Source: Octopus vulgaris
Taxonomy: Eukaryota
Length of the DNA: 64,000 nucleotides
NCBI GenBank assembly: GCA_951406725.2
Contig: OX597827.1
Coordinates: forward strand, 24,676,001-24,740,000
Direction of reading: 5' to 3'
Part shown: positions 40,898 through 54,017 of the stretch, one piece after another
How the letters are laid out: every line of letters begins with the position of its first letter
Numbering within the stretch: the first letter of the stretch is position 1
Made by a program: the position numbers and the translations under genes
The notes under the pieces: generated by a model
Database searches by the model: none
What the model was told of the DNA's origin: nothing
Seen by the model: only the letters and a program-made list of their open reading frames with translations

Positions 40898-42107
40898 TAT
40901 AATGTTAATAAGAAGGCAAAGGTGTGATTGAAAAAAAACACATGTGTTCATTTAAAAGACACTCAAATTAAGTTATATTGCACTCAAATTAAGTTATATT
41001 GTGCTAATAAATACATTGATATGTCCTGGAGGGATGAAAAATAAAGTTGAGCTAGGTAGGGTTTGAACTCAGGATGTAAAGGTAAGAAGAAGTTCTGCAA
41101 AGCATTTTGCTGTTCCATCTCCTGATGATCCTACCAGATGATAGTCATGATGATGATGATGATTATGGTGATGATGATGATGATAATTTCTAATAACGCA
41201 TCATTGGACACCATAAGGCATAACGTTTAAATATTTATGTGCTGAGTGTGTGTATGTGTGTGTGTGAGTTTGAATGTGTGAGTTTATGTGTTCCAGTGTA
41301 TGTGTGTCAGTGAATGTGTGTATGTGTGAGCGCATGTGTGTCAGTATGAGTGTATGTGTGGGGGGTGAGTGTGTGGGTGTTTGTGTGTGTGTGTGAGTGT
41401 AGTGAGTGTATGTATGTGTGTGAGTGTATGTGTGGGTGTATGTGTGTTTTTGTGTGAGTGTAGTATGTAAGTGTATGTGTCAGTGTGTGTGTGTGTTTGT
41501 GAGTGTAAGTATGTGTGCATGTGTGAGTGTATGTGTGAGTGAGTGTGTAAGTGTATTTATGGGTGTGTGTGTGTGTGTGTGTGTGTGAGTACATGTGTGT
41601 GCGTGCGTGTGTCAGTGTGTGTGTATGTGTGAGTGTAGAATGTAAGTGTATGTGTGTCAGTGTATGCGTCAGTGTGAGTGTATGTGTGGGTGTGTGTGTG
41701 TTTGTGTGTGTGAGTGTAGTATGTAAGTGTATGTGTGTCAGTGTGAGTGTATGTGTGAGTGTGTGTTTGTGTGTGTGTCAGTGAGTGTATGTGTGTGCGT
41801 GTGTGAGTATGTGTGTGTGTATGTGTGAATGAGTGTATGCAGGGTGTGTGTGTGTGTACATGCGCATGTGTGTGTGCACGCCTATGCATATGAGTGGGTA
41901 TGTGTTCATTGCATTTGTGCATGCGTATAGATGCACCTGTGCTTTAAGCATGCATGCATAACTCTATAAATGCTTGAAAAGGCATAAAAACGTAAGTGTT
42001 GGTTTCTATGAGTGTGCAGATGTGTGGGTATACCTGCATGTGTGTGTGTGTGTATATATATATGTATATATATATATATATGCATATATATATATATATG
42101 TATATAT

Positions 42108-43565
42108 GGTAGATTCTCTCATCGAAGACGATGAATGAGGGTTCAGTAAATAACCTTCAACAATCCCGAAGCCTTGTGACACGGCATGTGTACCTTCAAT
42201 CCAGCAGATGTCTTGCACACTTTCTTGCAAATGGTACACTTGCATGTATTTGTTGATTCAAAATGTCTTCTCGAGTGGACAGCTAACCCAGCTTTGCTTC
42301 GTGCTGTGAAACCACAATGACACACACAATCATTGTTTGGTGGATTTTGCTGATGCGTTGCTTTCAAATATGCACGAAGGGCGTCCCTATGACAAAGGCA
42401 GTTACTTTCAAATTCTCTAGTCTTTAGAAAACATATTTTCCTCTATTTGCTGCGATCCCCTGCTGCACTCTCCCAGGAGCTCAGAGCAATGTCACAACAC
42501 TTCAGATTGTCTTTTAGTTTGTCCTTGTAACGAAGAAGAGGGCGCCCTGTCGGATGGGAAGAATTTGTCAATTGCCCATAACAAATCTGCTTTGGAACTC
42601 TTGAGTCATCCATTCTTACAAGATGACCAGACCACTGCATTTGTATCTTAATCAAAAATGCTTCAATACCAGTGATCTCATACCTCTCCAGTTACTCACT
42701 ATTTCGAACACGATCTTGCCATTTAACATTGCAAATAGAACGCAGACATCTCATATGGAAGGAATCAAGCTGATTGATATGCTTGCGCTACAAGGTCCAC
42801 ATTTCGGCACCACACAGAAGAGTAGATAGAACAACAGATTTGTAGACTGCTACTTTTACTTTCAGAGACACATCGTGGCTGTTCCAGAATCTGTCTCGCA
42901 ACCTACCAAATGCTTCACTTGCTTTATTGATTCTGTTTTGGATATCTTTTTCAAATTTTGCATCATCAGACACAATAGAGCCGAGGTATGTAAAAGAAGA
43001 TACTGTTTTCAAAGCTTTACCATCAACATATACTACTGGTTGTGAAGAGGGCAAAGTGTTTGGTTTCGGCTGGTGAATAAGTTCAGTTTTCGTTATGCTA
43101 ATTGTAAGACCAAAGACCTTACATGCATCAGAGAAGCTATTGAGGATGTTCTGCATGTCCTCAAGACTATGGGTGACAAGAGCACAGTCATCAGCAAAAA
43201 GGAGATCAAGAACAGTCTGCACAAAAGTCCGGGTTTTGGCTTTGAACTGTTGCTGGTTAAATAACCCTCCACTTGACCGATACTCAACACCTACACCTTC
43301 CGAGGTGTCTTTGAAGGCTGTTTCAAGCATCACTGAAAAGAAAAGAGCAAATAGGATCGGAGCAAGGACACATCCTTGCTTGGTTCCATTTGACACTTAG
43401 ATTGGTTCACTTTGTTCGCAGTCAGACCGTACTGACACCATCATTCCATGATGAAAGGAGACAATCACATTCAACATCTTGTCTGGAACACCAAGCTTCC
43501 TCAAAACAGTCCACAGGGCATCCCTGGAGATGGTATCAAATGCCTTAGTGAGATCAACAAAAAAT
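42108..43565 (-). mobile_element. RTE (BovB-like) LINE, 5'-truncated: RT plus two C-terminal C2H2-like fingers
   Basis: FVDLTKAFD, GTKQGCVLAP, LLFADD, FTYLGS, WSGHLVRM; CHCGFTARSKAGLAVHSRRH and CTICKKVCKTSAGLKVHMPCH; stops and frameshifts. Confidence 0.92.
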
Positions 43566-43582
43566 ATATATATATATATATA

Positions 43583-43738
43583 TATATTAAAGGGTACACA
43601 AAGCACTTACAATGAGGTTGATTTTTCATTTTAGGTGCAGCAAGTCCTGCTGAGGAGAACAGGTACTAGCCAGAATTTGAAATCACTATCCAGAGATATC
43701 TTTTATCTCATTCTAGGGCTTTGTGTACCCTTTAATAT
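43583..43738. repeat. short MITE-like element with 21-bp inverted termini
   Basis: ATATTAAAGGGTACACAAAGC ... GCTTTGTGTACCCTTTAATAT. Confidence 0.65.
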
Positions 43739-43794
43739 AATTATGAATTTATATATAGCTATTTAATGCTAACAATAATAATAATAATAATAAC

Positions 43795-43883
<89 letters not shown>

Positions 43884-44543
43884 TAATAATAATATCTTTA
43901 TGAGTATTCATTTGAATATTTACTCATTTACATACGCACACACACATACGTATATTTGTGTTCATTTATATGCATATTTATGTGTCAATATGTGTGTGTA
44001 TATTTATATATAAGCATATATGTGTGTGTGTGTGTGACTGCATGTATATCACTGGCGCTTTTCTTTCTCCGTCTTCCCTTCCTTGGACTTTTCTTTTTTT
44101 CTATATTTTTGACGAAGAGCTCTGCTTGAAACATTAAATCCTCCTTCTTTCTTTCCTTTCCTGAGCATCCAATAACATTATACTTGTTCCATGTCCTCGC
44201 ATTGTTGTGTTTTCTCTTCGTTCATGTTTGGATTAACTATATATACTGGACGTGAAAAAACATTTGAGTGAGGCCGTTGCCAGTTCCACTGGACTGGCTC
44301 CTGTGCAGGTGGCACATAAAAAGCACCATTTGAGATGGCTGTTGCCAGTACCACCTGACTGGCCCTCGTGCCGGTGGCACGTAAAAGCATCCAGTACACT
44401 CTCAGAGTGGTTGGCATTAGGAAGGGCATCCAGCTGTAGAAACTCTGCCAGATCAGATTGGAGTCTGGTTCGCCAGACCTCAGTCAAATTGTCCAACCCA
44501 TGCTAGATGGAAACCGAACGTTAAACAATGATGATGATGATGA

Positions 44544-44583
<40 letters not shown>

Positions 44584-44602
44584 CTATGTATATCTATGTA
44601 TA

Positions 44603-44679
<77 letters not shown>

Positions 44680-44683
44680 GAGG

Positions 44684-44909
44684 GGGGATGTCCAAGAATT
44701 ACCGTTACAATTTGAAAAATTCAGAGCAAAAATAAAATAATAATAATAACTCATCAGGTTGTATGCAGTTAATGGACCCCACATGGAAGTGTTCTGGTGT
44801 TTCTAATACAACTTTATTTGTTTGTCCGTTTCTCAATAAACTGAGTTATGGTTATGGTTTTTTTGTGAATTTTTCAAATTATAAAGATAATTTATAGACA
44901 CACTGTGTA
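44684..44909. mobile_element. Tc1-like MITE remnant
   Basis: Imperfect inverted termini TGTCCAAGAATTACCGTTACAATTTGAAAAATTCA / TGAATTTTTCAAATTATAAAGATAATTTATAGACACACTG; one arm also at 37115-37160. Confidence 0.5.
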
Positions 44910-44927
44910 CATAATATACATATACAT

Positions 44928-44982
<55 letters not shown>

Positions 44983-45574
44983 TATATACTTGGAAATGGA
45001 TGTGTTGCGTTCAATTAAATAATAGATAATATTTATATATATATTATTTATTATATATATATATATATACAGTGTGTGTGTGTATATATATATATTTATA
45101 TAATTATAAATAACAAGACAACTATACTAGAAAATTCATTTTACCATTGGGAATTCTTATTTAACGACAATAGTTTCACACCTTAATGAATATGTATAGA
45201 TGACTTATTTCATTATACATACATACAAACACACACACACACACACTCACACAAACACACACACACACATACACACACACACATATATATTTATGAAAAA
45301 TAGGAGTTGAAAATGCACTGAGAATAGTTATAATATTTTTTATAAATATATTTAAAGCTTTAACCGGTTTCACAGTTTACACTGATTTTCAAAATGTTCG
45401 AAGAGAAAGGCATGGCTTATGTCACAGCTATCTTGCTTCTGACTGATGTTTGAAGCTTACCCTAATCCATTTTGATTGCAAGATTAGCTACTTGTATGGT
45501 CTCCCAAAAATCCATAAGCCTCAAACTATTAAGAATGCCTGTAAAGAACCAACTTCAAGTTGCATAAACTTTCT

Positions 45575-46637
45575 GATGCTGCCATAATCCTTGCCTTCAG
45601 TTTATCTTTGGTGTTACAAAGAGTTTTCTTGGTCTCCCCCACAACTGCACACCACACATAATAATCAAGGAGGTTGCAGTCTCGGGAGTCAGGTGGCTAA
45701 TTGTTAGGGGTGATGTGGTCACAGAAATAGTCTGACGGCCATGACTGGGTTCCCCTGCTTGTGCCTCATGGTGCAGAATCCTGTTGCTTGACATAGGGAC
45801 TTCCAGCAGCCAGCCTCTTGACCCAGGGCAGCACTACCTCCACCAGGCACTTGATGTAAGTCTGAGTGTTGAGTCTAAGGCCGTGTGGGAAGATGAATGG
45901 AGGTATAATGTTGCCATCACTAGTGATCACTTTAAGCACCATGATGTTGACTGGATGTTTGATTTTTATCACTCTTGGTACATGTTTTGGGGATACCTCA
46001 AGTCAACAGTTGTTCTGTGTGTTCACCAGAAATTTTTCTCATCTGAGGAAAACTAAAGCATGTTCGGTTCGAGGGAATGCTTGAGTTTATTGAAAAGCTT
46101 CATAGTGTAGTTTTTCCTCTTGTTGATTGGCCTGAGCTAAAAATTGGCCCTTTCTCATCTTGTAAAAGAAATACTGAATGTCTTCATGCATTACCTGCCT
46201 GATAAACTCAGCCACTGTCATGTCCCTGGCAATGGACCTGATTGACTTGGAGGGATCATTGTTAATCATGGCCTGGGTCTCACCAACAAATTCAGAAGTT
46301 CTTTTCTTATAAGAATGATCAGAATGAGTTTTCTGAGCTGCCATACCTTTGCAATCGCCATTAGGCTCATCCAACTCTATTTGAATCCTCTGCACTGTCC
46401 TCAGACTGGCACGCAAACACTCTGAAATGTTCGTATTGTAGCTTCTGACGTGAATACCAAGCAGTACAGCATGTCATTTCCAAATTTCTGTCAGAGTGAA
46501 TTGTGTCATGGTGCTGTTTTTCAACAGTGTCCAATTGACCCTACTATACTGTTTACTCAATAAAATCAAAAACAAACAATGCACCAGAGTGAAAGTAAAA
46601 ATATAAAGTGGCAACTGCTTACCCACTGCACCATGTA
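45575..46637 (-). mobile_element. maT-type (DD37D) transposon, decayed, copy 2
   Basis: ORFs 46087-46416 and 45766-45972; QQDSAP...DCNLLDY gives 37 residues between the second and third Asp. Confidence 0.88.
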
Positions 46638-47267
46638 TATACATATGTATATATATATATTCAAATTTATAAATGTCTGTGTGTGTTTGAGATGTAACTA
46701 ATATTATTCAAGGAAAAATATTGTTGGAAACCCCCCCAAAAAAAACAATGAAGTAAAACAAATCCTGCAACAACATCCCGTGTTTATATCATGACTTAAA
46801 TAGTTGCCAGTTCTTTTTGAACATAAACACAGTAAGTGAATATTCTTCTATCAGGGCTATTGACATGTGCAAAAAAGATTTTTATCTCCTGATATATATT
46901 AACATAACTGGTTGGATTCCTCACAAAATATGTTGACATCCAATCTTTGAAATTAAGAGAAAATAATCATGATGGATCTAATGAAAGAACGAGGTTTTGA
47001 TGTACAACTTTTAATTAGTAAAGGAGCGAGTAAGAGTGTAATTTGTTTTAGATATATTATACGTTTGGTGTTGAACTGAAGCTCAAGATGTTCAGACTCT
47101 TCTGTCATTAATTAATTAGGTAAGGTATTTCCAGGTACTTTTCACCCTGTCTCATATATTTTTCTTTTCGTCTGTCTGCCTGTCAGTGTAACTGTATATA
47201 TATATATATACATCATTGTTGACGTTAACTCATATCCAAGTAATAGATCTGTAGGGAGTACAAGTGC

Positions 47268-47310
<43 letters not shown>

Positions 47311-47411
47311 CATATATATATATACACGCACACGCACACACACCACACACATTTTATTATTTTGTTCAGGTATTGAGGTACTAATAGCCTGGGGTTAATT
47401 TCTTATATATA

Positions 47412-47446
<35 letters not shown>

Positions 47447-47533
47447 ACGTGTGTGTGTGTGTGTGTTTAAATGATTAAAGAATGGAGAGTTGGTAAGAAT
47501 ATAAAATTAATTTATTAACATACTGCCAAATAA

Positions 47534-47652
47534 AGCCTACGAACGTTTCAATTCAGTCCAATATATAATTGCAAATTCAAAGATTGGAATAAATTCAAAA
47601 ATTAGAATAAAATAGCATTTTGAATAATATTGGGAAGAATCTCATCAGGGTT
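47534..47652 (-). ncRNA. type I hammerhead ribozyme-like motif with long helix II insert
   Basis: Minus strand: CC-CTGATGA-GATTC-(~80 nt)-GAATT-GAAAC-GTTC-GTA-GG; core intact, helix I short. Confidence 0.5.
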
Positions 47653-49593
47653 AGAGTAAAATAGAAAGAGTTATATGTTGATGAATTGGATTTTATCAGT
47701 AGACATGTAATTATTAAAATTCAAGAGAAGTGAGAGACAAAATAAGTTAAATTTCCATATGGTTACAGCTGTTTCATAATCCAATTTCAGTTACATCAAC
47801 AACTCTGATTCATAGGTGCATATGCAGTATATACACTTCACATCCACATTATATACATATATGGATACATATGTATACATAGATACAATTCTATAATATA
47901 AAACAATGCACCAAGTAGAACTATTCTTTGACCATTTTCCAGACATCTCAGAAATATATATGATCATAAGGTGCAGGAGTGGCTGTGTGGTAAGTAGCTT
48001 GCTAACCAACCACATGGTTCCAGGTTCAGTCCTACTGTGTGGCACCTTGGGCTGACCAAAGCCTTGTGAGTGGATTTGATAGATGGAAACTGAAAGAAGC
48101 CCATCATATATATATACATGTGTGTGTGTGTGTTTGTCCCCCCACCATCGCTTGACAACCAATGCTGGTGTGTTTACGTCCTCGTAACTTAGCGGTTTGG
48201 CAAAAGAGACTGATAGAATAAGTACTAGGCTTACAAAGAATAAGTCCTGGGTCGATTTGATTGACTAAAGGTAGTGCTCCAGTATGGCCGCAGTCAAATG
48301 ACTGAAACAAGCAAATGAATGAAAGAAGAAAAAAAAGATATATATATATAAATATATATATATACACTCCTATTATAAAGAAGAACTGTTAATGGCTGTT
48401 GGTGTAAATATTTCTATCAATGTTCAGAAAGAGTGGTTTGAGGCCAGTTATTGTTCTCCGTTCCAGTTCATCAAAGTTACTGATTTTGATGGAACTCACT
48501 GTGCCATTTGAAAGGAGAAAAGCAGACTTCCAGGCTCAGGTTTTCATCAGAGAGGCTGGAGCCAGAGTCTTTTTAGGTAAAAACTTCTCATGACTTAATA
48601 GAGCAACCCACAGTTTCTGGGAATGGAGAGGTGTCCTCCCAGCTGAATTGGGTTGAGGAGGAGTCAAAATGACATCCATTTGGTTTGAAGGCAATATCTT
48701 GGCGTTTTAACACTAAGGTAAGTAACTCAGGGTGAGTCTTTGTGGCATTGGTGATGTTTCATTGCTACCATGATGACCAACAGTATTATACATTGAGAAA
48801 AAGAATTTTGGAACAAATTGGCCAACAGTTGGAATTCACCTTGGGACTGGAACAATAGAACGATTGCATTACAGGATTAATTCTTATCTGCCCTTAACCT
48901 TCTGATCAAATACCATCAGAGCATATAGTCATTATAGATGTATGGTAGTTGTGCTATTTAGCTCTCTTTAGTTGGGCCACAGACCCAATTAGCCCTCCAC
49001 AGGAGCTAGCTTAAAAGTCTGCTTAAAGTGTGGCTTTTAAGCTAGTTAAGCATAAGTTTGAAGGCAGAGTCAATGGAGAGGAGTTCCAACTAGATGAAAT
49101 CTCCAAGCAGTTTAAATGCACAAGTCTCCAAAATCCAAGTGGTTAAAAGAGAAGGGCACCAAGGCATCATTGATGCAACCTGGCACTCTAAGAGTGTAAG
49201 AAGTTAAGGGCTGAAACATTTGCTTGTTGTAAGCTTCTACTCTGAAGACCTTATGCTGTTCAGCTTTCTTGAGAGTTTCTTACCACCATGTGATGTGATA
49301 TGTGGTTTACATACAGTTTACAGATCATAGACACACACACACACATGCATGCACACCTCACTATGTAGTGTTTTACTTCTTTACTACACCATCAGTGACA
49401 GCCACATGTGAAGTGACATGATCCAGACATTATTTACATTTCATTCCACAAACTCTATTATGCTCCTGGATCACACTAAACATCTTTCTTCATTTCACAC
49501 TTGAACAGCAATTTTACTTCAAAGAATTGCACAAGTTCCAGATGAGATTTCTGTGAATATATTTTTAAGTAAAACATAATATTCAAGATAATA

Positions 49594-49891
49594 CAGTTCT
49601 ATATTTAAGAGATGAGGAATTATGATACATTATCTATATTTGATGGATATTTGTCCTCATCTTGTTTGTTGTTAACGTTTCAGCTGATATACCCTCCAGC
49701 CTTCATTAAGTGTCTTGGGGAAATTTTGAACCTGGATTCTCATTCCTAAGGTATTTTTCGATATTATTATTATTATTATTATCATCATCATCATTATTCA
49801 AGTCACTGCCTGGAATCGAACTCGGAATCTTGGGGTTAGTAGCCCGTGCTCTTAACCACTACTCCATGGGCATATGGCATAGTGGTTAAGA
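49594..49891 (-). mobile_element. family H SINE, copy B, with inverted duplication of the tRNA head
   Basis: Intact B box GAGTTCGATTCC on the minus strand; tail to CAGTTCT at 49594; near-palindrome TCTTAACCACTA...TAGTGGTTAAGA at 49850-49891. Confidence 0.75.
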
Positions 49892-50388
49892 CATGAGATT
49901 TATTACAAGAAACATGATCTGAACAGAAAAGTTGTACTAAGGTTCTTTACAAGGTACTAATGATACCAGGTTATAATTAGTCTCTCACTGGTTTAGTATC
50001 AGACTGAGAGCTGGTTCTAAAGTTTCTCTTTCAGATCTCCTTATTTTAAGTGATTTAATGTTTTTTTGATTTTATATATATATATATCCACCTGACATCA
50101 ATTACAAAATGTTTTTTTTGTTTATATATATATATTCACATGATGTCAATTACAAACATCAAAGCAACGTCAACACTTCAACACATTAATCTCAGCATGA
50201 GACAAATGGATGAGATTTAAATGGCATGCTTAAGGCCCTCACTTTACTCTTTTACTCTCTCTTTTACTTGCTTCGGTCATTTGACTGTGGCCATGCTGCA
50301 GCACTGCCTTTATATTCAAACAGTGATTATTGTTGTTGTTGTTTAACTCCAAGTGAACCCTAATCAAATGAACAACCTATTGTTCTAG

Positions 50389-50419
<31 letters not shown>

Positions 50420-51782
50420 TATCGTCATCATCATCATCGTCATTGTCGTCATCACTTTCATCATCATCTCATTATATTGTTGTCGTTATCGTTTTCATCC
50501 TTGTTGTCATCATCATTATCAACATTTATACTCCCTGTTTCCCTCCCTCCCTACCTGTCTACTTTTCAACCTACTAGATACATAAAGCCACACACACACA
50601 CATATATACATATGTGTATATGATGGGCTTCTTTCAGTTTCCCATGACCTAATCCACTCACTGAGCTTTGGTTGATGCAAGGCCATCATAAAAGACCGAG
50701 GTACCGTATAAAGAGATTGAACATGAAACCACATGGTTGGAAAGCAAACTTCTTGACTACACAGCCATAAGATATAAAAACAGGGAAAACAAAACGGTCA
50801 GCTCATTAAACCATGTCCCAACCAGGACTGAATCAGTTTTCTTGACACCACAAAGCAATCCTAATCAGAGTTACTCTTACTGTTTGTTGTTCTTTTTGCT
50901 CTTGTTATTGTTATTTACCCTGGATCAATCTTAATCCAGCACAGGCATCTTTTATTCAATTCCAGCACCACCTTGACTGGCTTCCATGCCGGTGGCATGT
51001 AATAAGTACCAACCAATTGTGGCCGTTACCAGCCTCGCCTGGCACTTGTGCTGGAGGCATGTAAAAAGCACCCACTACACTGGCGTTAGGAAGGGCATCC
51101 AGCTGTAGAAACACTGCCAGATCAGACTGGAGCCTGGTGCAGCCTCCTGGCTTCCCAGACCCCGGTCGAACCGTCCAACCCATGCTAGCATGGAAAATGG
51201 ACATTAAACGATGATGATGATGATCTGAGATGACATTACCAAAAGTGTCCTTCTTTTTCTTATACAGTAGGACAGGATATAAAATAGACTTGGTAACTAT
51301 TTCCAGCAGGTTTGGTATCTACATTGGTGCTCCCGAATTTGATACAAGCTGGAGTTGTTCTGTTCATTTCTTTTTGCATTTGTCTCATAATGCTTAATGA
51401 AATAGTTTTCTAAGTTTGATGAAGGGCCCTGGCTAAATCGTTGAATATTTCCTCTTGATCACAATGAAGAAATATCGAAAATGGTTTGTCAGTCTGCCTC
51501 GTGGTCTCAACAGACGAAATGGAAAAGGCACTGACCCAGAGAATAGTGAAGGGGATGGACTGGAATCATCACTCTGACTGATGGGGCCTGCACTTGTAGA
51601 TAGCCATCTCTGCCCCAGTGACAATGAACAGGGATGTAGTCCAGGGACCAAGACTGTTAGGGGTCTCCACTGTCATAGGCTCAACCACAAACCTGTCTCA
51701 GAGCAGCCACTACTTTGACAGTGGCCCCTTTCTGACCTGATGAGCAGCTTAATTATGTTGTTCTCCTTCTCTTTCTTTTATA

Positions 51783-53790
51783 TAGAAATAACTACAGGGG
51801 TATTAAACTGTTGGATCAGGTGATGAAGGTCACAGAGAGGGTCATAACCCATCTCATTAGGGAGAGAATTTGCTTAGATGAGATGCAGTTCAGTTTTGTG
51901 CCGGGTAGAAGCACCACTGATGCTATATTCCTGGTCCGACAACTGCAGGAGAAGTACCTAGCTAAAGATAAACCCCTCTACATAGCTTTTGTGGACTTGG
52001 AGAAAGCCTTTGACAGGCTTCCCCGATCCCTTATCTGGTGGTCGATGCGGAAACTGGAGATTGACGAATGGCTAATAAGGGCTGTACAGGCCCTATACAG
52101 AGAGGCTGTCAGCAAGGTTAGGATTGGCAACGAATATAGTGAAGAATTCCAGGTAGAAGTAGGTGTACACCAAGGCTCAGCCCTCAGTCCCCTTTTATTC
52201 ATCATAGTCCTCCAGGCAATAACAGAGGAATTCAAAACAGGTTGCCCCTGGGAGCTCCTCTATGCTGATGACCAGGCTCTCATAGCAGAATCACTACCAG
52301 AACTAGAAAAGAAATTTCGGGTGTGGAAACAAGGGTTAGAATCAAAGGGCCTTAGAGTAAATGTAGCAAAGACCAAAGTTATAGTAAACAGAAAGGCGAA
52401 CTCAACACACACCCCATCGGGCAGGGGCCCTGCTCGATCTGTAGGAAAGGTGTAGGTAGAAACTCCATAAGATGCACCCAGTGTAAGCTATGGACGCATA
52501 AGAGGTGCAGCAACATCAAAGCGAAATTAACTGATAAGATAGCTTTCATGTGCGGCAGATGCACAGGGACAATAGACACCACAAATACTCAGAAAACAGA
52601 TTCCATCACACTCAAGGGGGAGAAACTAGAAGTAGTCGATAGTTTCCACTACCTGGGTGACCAAGTTAGTAGTGGAGGTGGATGCTCAGAGAGTGTCACC
52701 ACTAGAATACGAATAGCCTGGGCAAAGTTTAGAAAGCTCCTACCCCTACTGGCGACAAAGGGTCTCTCACTCAGAGTGAAAGGTAGATTGTATGATGCAT
52801 GTGTGCGAACTGCCATGCTTTACGGTAGTGAAACATGGGCCATGACTGCAGAGGACATGCATAGGCTTGAAAGAAATGAAGCTAGCATGATCCGCTGGAT
52901 GTGTAATGTCAGTGTGCACGCACGACAGAGTGTAAGCACCCTGAGAGAAATGCTGGACATAAGAAGCATCAGATGTGGTGTGCAAGAGCGACGCTTGCGA
53001 TGGTATGGTCATGTACTGCGGATGGATGAGGAGAGATGTGTGAAGAAGTGCCGCTCCCAAACAGTTGAAGGAATCAGGGGGAGAGGTAGACCCAGGAAGA
53101 CATGGGATGAGGTAGTCAAGCATGACCTCAGAGAGTTGAGCCTCACTGAGGCAATGGCGAAGGAGATGTGCTGTGACTGCAAAGACCCGGGCTGCTTCCT
53201 GCACCAGTTCCGCATAGCCCCTGCCCATTCAAAGTACCTTGGATCCCAGAACATCCCGCTGTGCTTGAGGAGACCTGTTGAGTCAAGTACATGTACATGA
53301 ACATCAAAACAAATATCAATGGAAATAGTAGTTGTGATACCTGTGCCAGTGACACATAAAAAGCACCATCCGAACGTGGCCGTTGCCAGCGCCGCCTCGA
53401 CTGGCTTCTGTGCTGGTGGCACATAAAAAGCACCATCCGAACGTGGCCGATGCCAGTGCCGCCTCAACTGGCTTCTGTGCCGGTGGCACATAAAAGGCAC
53501 CATCCGAACGTGGCCGATGCCAGCGCTGCCTTGGCTGGCTTCCGTGCCGGTGGCACGTTAAAAGCACCAACCGATTGTGGCCAATGCCAGACTCCCCTGG
53601 CACGTAAAAAGCACCCACTACACTCGTGGAGTGGTTGGCGTTAGGAAGGGCATCCAGCTGTAGAAACATTGCCAGATCAGACTGGAGCCTGGTGCAGCCC
53701 CTGGCTTCCCAGACCTCGGTCGAACCGTCCAACCTGTGCTAGCGCGGAAAATGGACGTTAAACGATGATGATGATGATGATGATGATGAT
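51783..53790 (+). mobile_element. RTE-clade LINE, 5'-truncated: RT with PHD insertion, structured 3' UTR and (GAT)n tail
   Basis: ORFs 51811-52455 and 52548-53300 joined by a frameshift near 52425: FVDLEKAFD, GVHQGSALSP, LYADD, FHYLG, LYGSETW, RLRWYGHV, RGRPRKTW. Confidence 0.95.
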
Positions 53791-53804
53791 AGTAGGGCAG
53801 GTAT

Positions 53805-54017
53805 AAAATTGATTTGGTACCTATTTCCAGCAGGTTTAGCAACTACATCGGTGTTCCCTAATTTGGTTGTTGATCAGTTATGTTGCTCTCCTTGTCCTTC
53901 TTTTTCTTATATAGTAAGAAAAGATAGAAAATTGATTTGGTACCTATTTCCAGCAGGTTTAGCGATTACATTGGTGCTCCCTTATTTGGTTGTCAATCAG
54001 TTATGTTGCTCTCCTTA
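53805..54017. repeat. 123-bp period tandem duplication; related copy at 51250-51340
   Basis: AAAATTGATTTGGTACCTATTTCCAGCAGGTTTAGC...GTTATGTTGCTCTCCTT occurs twice. Confidence 0.8.

Noticed and set aside
48400-49260. Possible ancient I/Jockey-like LINE remnant on the minus strand
   Set aside because: Scattered weak motif resemblance only; would need a profile search.
49800-49870. tRNA gene
   Set aside because: Acceptor stem does not pair and it continues into a repeated SINE body; it is a SINE head.
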